Below the pieces are notes generated by a model. The model saw only the letters and a list, made by a program, of their open reading frames with translations, was not told the DNA's origin and searched no databases. Source: Vezdaea acicularis (Eukaryota). From it: DNA of 25,213 nucleotides. This document shows positions 12,786 to 22,432 of the stretch, piece by piece. The translations under genes were made by a program, and so were the position numbers. The stretch spans positions 124,001-149,213 of the forward strand of contig JAPEUI010000033.1 in NCBI GenBank assembly GCA_026025075.1, read 5' to 3'. Within the stretch, counting starts at the first letter, position 1. Each line of letters begins with the position of its first letter.

Positions 12786-13694
12786 TGTGGCCTCCGGTCC
12801 GCGGCACCGTTGGTGTTGTGCGTTGAACCTTTTCCCGCCCGTTCACAACAATGGGGTGATTTGGATCGTGTAAAATCGCCAGAGTTAATTCTGCCGGCAA
12901 TTGGCTCCGGCGTATCCTAAACCTCCGAAACGGCGCCCAGCATATGAGATTGATTGAGTTGGGGTTATCATCTATCAGACAATCGTACTGATTGTGCTAC
13001 TCGAGGGAGGTGAGGATCGAACGCGGTGAAGGGGAGAAACGAGTGACGAGTTCAAGATGTATTCCGGGAAAGGCGTTCTTGTTGCAAGCGGTGCCTCGTG
13101 AACCCCACACTTGCCTTTCAGGTGGGTTCTTGGAGTCTGTTTGGGTCAAGAGGAAGGAAGGAAGAAATCACTGTCGAACATTCACGGCGGTGGGTCTGGT
13201 GGAGTGTGGCAGGAGGCAAATTGGGGGGATAATGGAGGGTGGAGGCAGTAATTGACGGCGGGCCAGGATGGGATGGATGGTGGGAGGAGCGTGCGGTTGA
13301 GGGACCGTGAGTGTGGCTGCTCGCCGGGCTTTGGGGTCTGGGAGAGCGGCGGGCAGGAGGCAAGAGGCAGGAGCGACGACGGCGATTGGCCGGGCGAAAG
13401 CGGTCAAGGGCGGCGCGATCTCTTGGCGGGCCCTTGGCCGGCCGTTGACGTCGAAGGTGCGCAAAGCCGGACAAAACAGGGACTCGGGGCAGTTCGCCGC
13501 GGCACTAGCCAGTCAGACGCGTGCCGCCGCTCCTGGAGGCTATACCTCCCGTCCTCTCGCGGCGATACAGATGGTATCCATCTCGTAACAGCCTCCTTGT
13601 GGTGTTGTGCACTCCCAACCGCCCTCCCCGGGAATGCGCTGCAGCGGAACAGGCATTGGGCTCGGCCCAGTTTAATTACTGATTAGGGCCTGCA

Positions 13695-13767
13695 CCTCTC
13701 GCCGTCGCAAGAGCCACGGAGATGACGTAGCGGACGAGAGAGATCCTCTCGCGCGTCGCAAGAGCCA
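13695..13767. repeat. Direct repeat of a 22-23-nt unit upstream of REG1
   Basis: cctctcgc-cgtcgcaagagcca (13695-13716) and cctctcgcgcgtcgcaagagcca (13745-13767), with TGACGT (13723-13728) between them. Confidence 0.8.
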
Positions 13768-13856
13768 TCTGGAAAGCAGGACCCGATCGCGCGGACGGCG
13801 AACGCTATATTCGGCTACGATGTGCCGTCCTGAAGGTTCACGCGCGGACCGGCGAT

Positions 13857-13905
13857 AATGGACAATGGACAATGGGCAATAAGCAACAGACGATGGACCA
13901 TGGAC
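13857..13905. repeat. Degenerate 7-nt tandem repeat, 7 copies (consensus AATGGAC)
   Basis: aatggac aatggac aatgggc aataagc aacagac gatggac catggac. Confidence 0.8.
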
Positions 13906-16900
13906 CCTTTCTTCAGCCCACTCACAATGTGCCGAGACCGCGCCCTGCCCGGCGGAGAAGGGGGAGGCGGAAGGCGGCCGCGGATTGGAGGGGTCGATGG
14001 CGGAAGGCGGTCAGTGACTGGGGGGCGCGCTGGGTGCAGTAACCTGGGACGGCGCTGCAGCCACCGAGCAGGTCATCACCCTCTAGGGCCACGAGGAGTG
14101 CGGGCACCATTTGCCTGCCGGTCTGCGCTGCGTGCGCTCTTTTGCCCTCCCCTCTCATTGCGCGGCAGGGCCTGCATCAGAGCCGGAGCAAACCATACCA
14201 AACGGCTTTCCCTCTCTCTCGCTGCTGATGCACCCGCTTGACGAGACTCTCAAGAACGTGAAAAGCATCGCGGCTATTATTAACGAGGGGCAGAACGTCG
14301 GCATTCGAGATCACAAGCGCGACGGCGGAGATCGGCTACTGTAGCGAGGGAGGGGAGACTGGTGGGGATTTGCCGTGACTGCCATTGAGCGAATGGAGGG
14401 CTCGCTCGCGCCCTCGCTTGACCAAACCCTCGGAGGGGCGAAAATCCTCGACTGCTTGGGACGAGTTCGACGGGGACAAAGACCCACCATGACCGGCCAC
14501 CGCAGATGGCCACCAAACCGCATCCTGGAACGGCTCGATGGCACGCAGAAGTGGTGGTGGGGTGCCATTGCAACGTGCAAGATGCGTGCAAACACGACAT
14601 ACTCAAACAACTGACCTCGCCCACACGCTCTCCCTCGGCTTTCAATACCACGAGAGCTGGGTTGTCGAGATGCAGAACGCTAGAAGGTACTTCCGACCCC
14701 CTCCATTCCTTCGAGAAGCGTGATCGTCGATCTGCCGGACGCATGGACTCGATTGACCGTGGATGCCCGCCGTCACGGCATGCGGCGGGCCTCGGACGCT
14801 CGACATGGAAGAGACATTTAAACGTCGTCAGTTTTATACCGCCGCAGGACCCGCAGTAAAGCCGAGCGAGACGTCTCTGTCTCAATACGGCCATTGCCAC
14901 CCAAAAGCTCCATCGAGACAATCTTACGGACTTGCCCGTCGAGAGGGAGTATCGGACGAATGTGTCGTGGGACTGAGAAAATTCTTCCTCGCCGTCTCAT
15001 TAGCCTAACCTGCCTTAACGCAACTCCAAGGCTTACTCTGAGCACGCTTGATCGCACCCTGCCGTTTCTTAGCATCGAACGTGACGCGCAACCCCCCACA
15101 AAGGACAAAGTCGTCTTGACCACCTGCTCGGATGCCTCAGCCATGGTCTGTCCCAAAGGAAGTCAGTCACCCTTTCGGGCCCCTTCGGACGTTCAAAAGG
15201 CCCTCATGCAAACCATCGGAAGATCCGTGAAGGGCTCTGCTACTAGTTTCTCCGTTCAACGCACGATGTGGGGTCACTAGGGCGTTCAAGACGAGAAATG
15301 GATGGAGCGGAGGGTCCTCCGGACAGCTGCGCTCGTCCACTCGACGGCTTCAATGCCGCTATTTTCCCCACATATCCGCTGGGAAGCACATGCAGCGGGT
15401 ACGAATCGATCCCTTGGGAACTACAGAATCTTCCGAGGTGAGCCAATTCGTGGGTTTCATCTCTGGGTTGAATGGGTCTCTTGAGACTTCTTGCATGGGG
15501 TGGTGGCCCATCGTCTAGAGATGCTGGAGTAGATACCATTGAACCAGGACATACAAAGGATCGAAACCGCCCCAACAAATGGAGAAGAGATTGACACCCT
15601 CGTATCCGAGGAAGGCCTCGGCCACGACCCCTCGTTGACGTTCGGTTGCAGATATTGCGATCAATATCTGTTTACAGCCTTATTGTTTGCTTGTTTTCCA
15701 CAATATGGCCTCGTATGCTTGGATAACGGCGTGTAAACAACGCTCCGCCCTCTACCAGCATCTCTTATCATCCTTCAATTGCTTGGGGGAAAGACGCCTC
15801 CGGTCCAGGATCATGCTCAAAGCGTTGCAACGATCGCTCTCGTGAAACTGCAACTGATCGGTTGCATCGAAGTCGCCATTTTCACATGAAAATCGACCGC
15901 CGCGTTTCGTAGGATCTACTGACTGTTTCGGCATCAGCCTCGTGGCCCTGGGCTCAGGCCCATGAGCCCTTTTTGATAACCGTTTTCTTGTACGACCTTC
16001 GCTTCGCGCTGATTTGCCTTTTGAAGGATCAGCACTGCCATTTTGAGCCAGAAGCAGGGGCGGTTTGGGACGGGGGGAGACCCTCCCTCCACGCGCTCCC
16101 GCACCTGCCAACGGCCTAGCTACTGTAAGGAAAGGGGACCACAGTCGAGTCACCCATGGAAAGACGCTCCCAGGCTCGAGATGACGTCTTATGCTCGGCT
16201 CGTGTCACTCGGGGCTCGTTGATGTATTCCCCTGCCGACTGCGGCCGTTGCGCTCGCGGCTTGTCGTGGACCGACGTCCGATCGCGGTGCTCCTATCAGC
16301 GTTGCACGAGCCGCCGTCCATATCTGCGCTGCTGCTCGCTTAAGCAAATGCACAACTCCCTGGCGACTCTGCTGCATTATCAATCTGTCACAATTTCAAC
16401 AGTTTTCCGGCTTCGAGCATCCAGTCGACCCCGTCGCACCAGCCTCTCCTTACATTTCTATCAACTCCGCTCCAGCACCAGCGATCGACATTGCGGCATC
16501 TTCCAGGGTGCGGCGTCGCCCCCCGGTATACAGTGGCATCCTCCGTGGGGTGAGTCTGATAACGTCTGGGGCCGTGAGCCTGATTGATGGTAGCATCGGT
16601 GAAAGCCGCCGCCCACGGCCCAAGGGCGCGCAATATCCCCCAAGCCGCCAGACGCACTGCGCGTGCATAGGCGATCGCGCGCCAAAGCCTTCGGACCCCG
16701 TTGATCTTCACGAGGCGGCGGATGGCACAGGTTTGTCGCGGGCCTCCAATGGCAGCTGGATCTTGCGCACACTCAGGCTGAGTCGCTCGCGGATGAGGAC
16801 GACGCTCGAGCCAGGGTCTCCAATGGCAGGCGGCGGGAAGGGTCCGAGCGCTTCCCGCACGTTTCCTCAACCCTCTTTCTTTGCTTTTCCTTATCGTGCG

Positions 16901-18014
16901 CCTCACGATTTAGCAAGTGCTTACCGCAGGACATGGCGTGGCGCCGTATCCAGATGTTGGAGGTTCAAGCCATCACTCCGCCTGCGTCTGTTTTTTTGAG
17001 GGTTGCGAGCGGTCGTATACAACAATTCGACGACAATTTGACGACCAGTCAATCTGTCCACCCCGCGGAAAGTGGCGGGAAATGTCACGGTACGTCCCGC
17101 GCGTGGACAGCAGGAATCAATCCCGATCATCATCTATCCTGTCCTGTTTGCCCAGCGCGCCGTCATGCACAAACCCCCCCTTCGAGAGGGCAGGCGGGCG
17201 GCATAATCCATCAAACCTGCCCTCGAGGTGGGGGTTTCGGTCGTGGGAGGGGTGACCCCCACGGCCCCTCCCTGCCCGCAAGCCGTCCCTACTCCCACAC
17301 ACGCCGTCTTCCCGCGGAGGCTTGGGACGGAGCGCCTCGCCCCCAAGCCACAACTCCCCAGATTGCCATGTTTTGTGCGACATGGCATTCCTGCACTTTC
17401 GCGCCCCCCTCCGCGGCTTGTGACGGGTCACATCGCCGCCTTTGGCTCTATCGCTCCAACAAGCCGATCTCAGGGGATTGGTGTGTTTATTTTTCGGAGA
17501 TTTAGAATCGAGGCTGGGTCCTTGATATATGGGCCAGGCCCCGCCTCCCCTCTCGCCTCTCCGGTTGATGGGAGAGGGACTGGTCGTGGGAAAGGACTTT
17601 CTCTCTCTATCGGTCGGACAAGTTCGTTGTTTGAGCCACACGTCCTCCCAAGGCCTTTTATACTTGACACAGCAAAGCACACTCCATCAATCATATCTTC
17701 CCCTCTCTCAAACAACCCTCTCCAGCATATCAACCCCATAACCTCCCCATCCAGACCCATATCCCTCATCACACTAAGGAACCCTCCTTCTACCAGCGCA
17801 TTTGCGTCTCGACCGCGCCACGCTAGTCCGTCCCTCATATCTCGATTTTTCCGAGATTTCCCTGTTTTTTTTTTCGCTCGCATATCAGGCAATCACAGAC
17901 GAGCGGCGCACGCATTGAACCCGGATGGCGTTCTTTTCGTTTTTGTTTGGTTGATTGGTTCGGTTAATTGGCTGTGGTGGGAGTGGGAAGGTTGCATGCG
18001 CCACACCCTTCCAT

Positions 18015-18145
18015 ACAACAAACAGCATCCAGCACAATCACAAAGGTTTTTATATGTATTCTATCCTTTCCTTTCTTCCGCACAATAACAGCATCACCGC
18101 AATCACGAAGGTCGGTTATCGTATTCTATCACTTCCCTCCCTTCC
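18015..18145. repeat. Imperfect tandem duplication, period ~65-66 nt
   Basis: Shared blocks aacagcatc (18021/18087), caatcac (18035/18100), aaggt and gtattctatc (18056/18121), each copy followed by a pyrimidine tract. Confidence 0.8.
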
Positions 18146-18956
18146 CACTTTTCCCCCCCCCCCCCCTTTTTTTCCGTCCTCTATCGCGCTCAACCCTAAA
18201 CTAAAATCAACCTCTCCTCCCTATCATCTTACCCCTGTAAGCATCCCTTTTCGGGCGAGCGGAGGATTTGGTGGGAGGCTCTACCCCTCTCTGAACCTTA
18301 TTCCATCCCCCCTCCATCCCGCTTGGGCGCAAGCGATGACGGGTCTCCCATATTCAATCACACAGAATTGGAATTGAAAGTAAGAATGAAACGAGAATAT
18401 TATCAGTGTAGTCGTATATCTCTCCTCCCTGACTTTTCTTGTCCGGGGTATAGCCAGACCAGAGTTTGGTGTAGGGGGTTTATTACCTGGCTTTGAGGAA
18501 ACTATTCATTCCTCCCCCCTCTCCCCTTTCTCACACCATTCCACCCACTTACCCGCCCTTCCTCCCATCCTCTCCGTCTGCCATTAAAATAATGGACTAC
18601 CAACCCCATCCCGTGCCCCCCCCCCACCCCAGTATTCTTCGACAGCTACGTCGCACAACCATCCAGCCCCGCCATTTCCTCCCACGCACAACACTGCCTG
18701 ACTCCCTTAACTCCCCCGAACCCCCGTCTTCACTTGAGTGAAGTATCCGGACATGTAGACCCATTCCGGAAGGGGCGGTTCAACGAGGGATTGATTATTC
18801 TTTCGGCCCCAGCGCGTTAGACGCGCGTCTCCTGTCTTCGAGCGAGAGAAGCGAGAGGAGCGAGACGTGGGGATGGGTGTGATATTCGTAACCCTCGTCG
18901 ATACTCAATAAACTCGTACAAAGCTTCGCTGGAGTATGAAAAAGCCGTATTTTCCA

Positions 18957-18987
18957 CATTCCCAAAGTGAGGCATTCCCAAAGTGAG
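18957..18987. repeat. Perfect 15-nt tandem repeat CATTCCCAAAGTGAG x2
   Basis: Identical copies at 18957-18971 and 18973-18987. Confidence 0.9.
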
Positions 18988-19842
18988 ATAGAGGGCGGTA
19001 TGTGGTTCAGGAGGTGATGGCAGGTTGCTGAGAAACTTGGATGGGAGACTCGCTGGGATGGGGTCCCGAGATACTTGTTAAGGTGAGTGGAATGGTGTTT
19101 AGAGAAGTTGGGAGAGGGGGGGCTCATGGGTGGAAGGAGTGAGGGTGGTATTAATGGATTAGGAGGGTTCGCTTGTTCGGGTTGGGGTGAGTGGGGGTGA
19201 CTGTTATATCGGGTTGGACGCGGGGGAAAGGGGAAGGGGGTCTTCGGGATGTGGAGGTATTGGGTTGAGGCGGTTATTAGGGTTGGTAGGTTGAGTGGGG
19301 TGGTATAGCTTGTTCTGATACCCAATCTTACAATTACAGGCGGTGCGTGATAGATTTGCCGTACGGATCAAGGCAGTTGGGTCTACGCACCCCCCAACGC
19401 CCCTTTATTCCCTATGAGCCTTCTCCAGTGCGATTAAGGAAAGGCCTTCAATGACCTGATGAGACTTGTAGATCACAAGGACTGAGGACTGGTCGAATCG
19501 CGTCTGGTACGTCTTATCCTGCCTTGGTATTATCGTTGTCAACAGCCTGGAGCTAAGAAGAAAAGGGGGGTACTGAGAGCAGCTCCCGCTATCTTTGCTG
19601 ACAAGGTTCCGGCGCAGGGGTGGTGCCTCGAAGGATGATGTAGCTACCCTAGAGTTCCGGATGCGTGCTCATATCGAAACCTAGCTACGGTGAAATCTAG
19701 TTAGTAAAATATTACCCCTGAAAGACCTATTACCCAATCGTTATCGTACCTGTTTAGATGCCCATATCTTTAATCGCAAATGTCTGTCAGGGGTCTACTC
19801 CTCTTGCCCTAAACCCTAATTCAACGCCTAAATGCACCAGCT

Positions 19843-21061
19843 TCAAAGCTCATCAAAGAGGCGTAATCGCGGATCTTCGGGCAGGACCGTCCGAGTCCGC
19901 ACCGCGGGGGAGGGCTTCTTCTTCGTACCAGCTTGCTCCTCCTTCCTGCGCGCTCCAAGTATAGCGCCCCTCCAGCCTTCTGCAGTGTCGCTCACGTTTC
20001 CCGTAATATTAGACAAAAGCCTTGCCGTTTCCTTATAATGCAGCGGCGGGCCAGCCGGTTTGTAATGAATGAAAAGCAGTACCACGACCACGGCCAGTAC
20101 GCCTACGAGCATGCCCCACAGCATCCTCAGTCGCCGCGACATCTGCACATGCCATTCCTCTTCTCGTCGTTCCCAGACCTCGGCTCTACCCCGCACGATT
20201 TCGAGGCGCTGACTGAGGGCTTCTACCTTGCTGCGGCCTTGTTGAAGGCGCGATTCGAGGGAGGATACCTTGGCTTTCTGGTTGCCGAAGGTGTCGAGTG
20301 CGGCGAGCTGCGTGTTGACGTCGGTGCTGAGAGCGCGGGCATCGGATGAGAAGTCTTCATGTAGATTCGAGATGTGGGTGGATAGGTCAATCAAGGCGGA
20401 GGTTGTGGAGTGGAGGGAGGAGACCCTTTCGAGAATGGAATAGTAGCTCATGTCGAGGGAGCGGGAGATAGAAGTTGAAGATGCCATGAGCGCCGTAAGG
20501 GCAGCAGATATCTCTCTATGCAGCACAGGAAATCAGACTCTGCAGAGTGGACATATATCCCTTAGAAAGCAGATATAAAAAGGACGCCTACTCATCGCGT
20601 AGTTGAGACTTCTCTCTACTCTCCCCTCCTCCCCGCTTCGCCGGCCCTCTGTCTATTACTGTTGCTGTTGGCCTTGGAACCTCTAAGCTCCCTCTGCCAC
20701 TTGAGCCTGTTGCTATAACTCTCTCGTGCAGTCCAGCTATGCTCGGGACTCGCGAGTGGCTCCTGCTCTCGGCCGGCGTCCCACCCGCGCTCTTGCTAAC
20801 GCGTCGGTGTAGGCCTGGCGCATCCTCTAGCTTGTGGCTAGGTTGGAATATGTGCGAGGATCGCGGTGAGTCGCGATCTCTGCGGTGTAGATGTGGGTGA
20901 TAGTGGTGGTGGTGGTGATGGTGAGGTTGCTGTGTCGATGAAGCATTTGATTTGCTCAAAGAGGAGGTACTGTCAGTCGGAACGCCCCCACTTGGCGGCC
21001 TAGTATCAGGCTGGCCCGTCGTGTGGGAGCGCTGTAGCGACGGTCGATTGAAGTGCTCCAT
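19843..21061 (-). CDS. Hypothetical ~380-aa membrane protein: disordered His/Ser-rich N-terminus, coiled coil, one TM helix, C-terminal FDEL; exons 21061-20592 and 20515-19843
   Basis: Intron 20591-20516 (GTAGGC...CTGAT...TAG) joins two track ORFs in frame. Heptad-like region QKAKVSSLESRLQQGRSKVEALSQRLE, TM segment LWGMLVGVLAVVVVLLFIHY, ends DPRLRLFDEL*. Confidence 0.8.
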
Positions 21062-21446
21062 GATGGCATTCGAGTGCTGGCAAGAACCAGCGGATGGTCT
21101 GGGCGCTGTCGTGTCACTGGATGTAAGGACGTTTCGAGCATGTGAAGACCACGAAGCGAGTCATGAGGTTAGGAGGCGCATGACTAGAGGAATTTAGAGA
21201 AGATAACTACGCTACTTAGCAGCCGCGCTGTATGCTAACACAAGATTCGTTCACACAGGGTCAATGCTGTAATATGAATATAATGTTTAGAAAATCCCCA
21301 ACCATAATCTTCTCCTCCTCGACTGTTCGCCTTTTACTCGGCAATCAAATGCATATATCAGCAGTGTCCAGATAACGTTATTTTTATGCAAACAATTCCC
21401 TATAAACACCATTCTTTATGCACAAGTCTCAAACATGACTCCTTTT

Positions 21447-21934
21447 TCATGACTTCAGCAGTTTGTTCCTCTTCTCCTTTCTCTTCAATCGCTCAACCCT
21501 CTTTCGATGCATCTTCACTGCCAGCTTCTCATACCGCTCCTTCTCCTCTTTTGCCGCACGCCTATCCTTTATTGCTTGTATACGTCTCTAGCAGAGCAGT
21601 CATCAGAATTTATCATTTGTTTGGAGTGGAGTGGAGGTGCCAGGCTCACCTGTCTTTCCTCTTGCTTCTCATCTTTCATCTCCTTCTCTTTCGCCTTCAT
21701 TGTAGTAGTAGCTTTCCTCTCCTCAAGGCGTTTCGCATAAGTAGATTGCCCGGCCTTGATCCGGAATGCAGATTTTGGAGGGTGCCAGTTCTTGCCTAAA
21801 TCATGCAGTCAGTTGGACTTCAACTTGTGACTATGGCGGGGTCTAGCAATTGTAGTAGAATGCGACGAACCATTCTTTCGCAGGCCAATGGTAGGCGCCG
21901 ACGAAGTGATCGGAGTACTAGACTGAGTAGCCAT
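21447..21934 (-). CDS. CGR1: Nucleolar rRNA-processing protein CgrA/Cgr1, 116 aa; exons 21934-21871, 21795-21650, 21587-21447
   Basis: Manual translation: [49 protein letters not shown]...[63 protein letters not shown], a typical Cgr1 family sequence. Introns 21870-21796 (GTTCGT..TAG) and 21649-21588 (GTGAGC..TAG) are phase-consistent. Confidence 0.93.
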
Positions 21935-22432
21935 CCTAGCAAGTACGACAGGATAACTACTAAAGACCCGTAGTCGACTCCTTCTCGATGGTGATATTGG
22001 ATAGAGAAAATTGAGGCAGCGTGCAAGAGAGGTGCTGCTGTAGCCGGAATTAATTCCGCTTGTCGCTCAGAAAAGGTTTATGTGTGGGCGAAATGCCGCG
22101 CGAGCGGATACCACAACAGATTTGTTCTTCCTCCTCACAGCATCTTCATAATCGCATCAATGTCGAAATGAAACGAAATGGAGCTCGATGAAAATGTACC
22201 CATCCCCCCTTCCAACAAAAGGTGTATCGACTGAATATCAATATTCGACACTCAACGGACCAATCTGCATAGACCCTCCCCTTCACCGCCTCTAGCTGGT
22301 GGAGGCCCTGCAACATGAATACTGTGAAGAGAAGATAATACTATATAATATTTTCTTTCAACGGCATCAAAGCCAAATAAGGCTTTTCTTCTCTTTGTTT
22401 CGTGCTCTAGGCGTTGTAGCGGCATAAGGTGC
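21935..22432. promoter_or_regulatory. Divergent (bidirectional) promoter region between CGR1 and ORT1
   Basis: Head-to-head start codons ~500 nt apart; TATATAA at ~22342-22348 upstream of ORT1. Confidence 0.6.

Larger units (their letters stand above)
17670..19760 (+). ncRNA. Large structured non-coding RNA, candidate telomerase RNA (boundaries approximate)
   Basis: No credible ORF; C-rich 5' part and G-rich 3' part. Nested helices: 17730-17752/19247-19268, 17779-17788/19161-19170 (10/10), 18514-18525/19110-19121 (12/12), 18533-18544/19087-19098 (12/12). AACCCTAA at 18192-18199 lies directly 3' of an arm 17901-18191. A CR4/5-like junction sits at 19437-19520 and a TATA-like TTTTATA at 17656-17662. 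Confidence 0.5.

Noticed and set aside
18481..18491. U1 snRNA-like TTACCTGG
   Set aside because: It is not ATACTTACCTGG, and there is no ATTGCAC loop or Sm site downstream.
19277..19285. Minus-strand template (TTAGGGTTG on +)
   Set aside because: G-U pairs favour a + strand RNA, and this segment fits the nested helix with 17713-17719.
17700..19310. MITE or foldback transposon with terminal inverted repeats
   Set aside because: The arms are interrupted and contain G-U-type mismatches, with no sharp termini, target-site duplication or transposase remnant seen.
17228..19325. Track ORFs 17228..18088 (+) and 18795..19325 (-)
   Set aside because: Non-ATG starts and Pro/Ser-rich low-complexity translations explained by C/G skew; no recognisable domain.
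19425..19507. Hammerhead ribozyme-like CTGATGA-GAC...GTC-GAA
   Set aside because: The core reads GAAT rather than GAAA, and no stem I abuts CUGAUGA. It is better explained as part of the three-way junction.
19807..19820. CCCTAAACCCTAAT telomere-like motif as template or interstitial telomere
   Set aside because: It lies at the far 3' end, in the 3' UTR region of the convergent gene, with no downstream room for core domains, and has only ~2 imperfect units.
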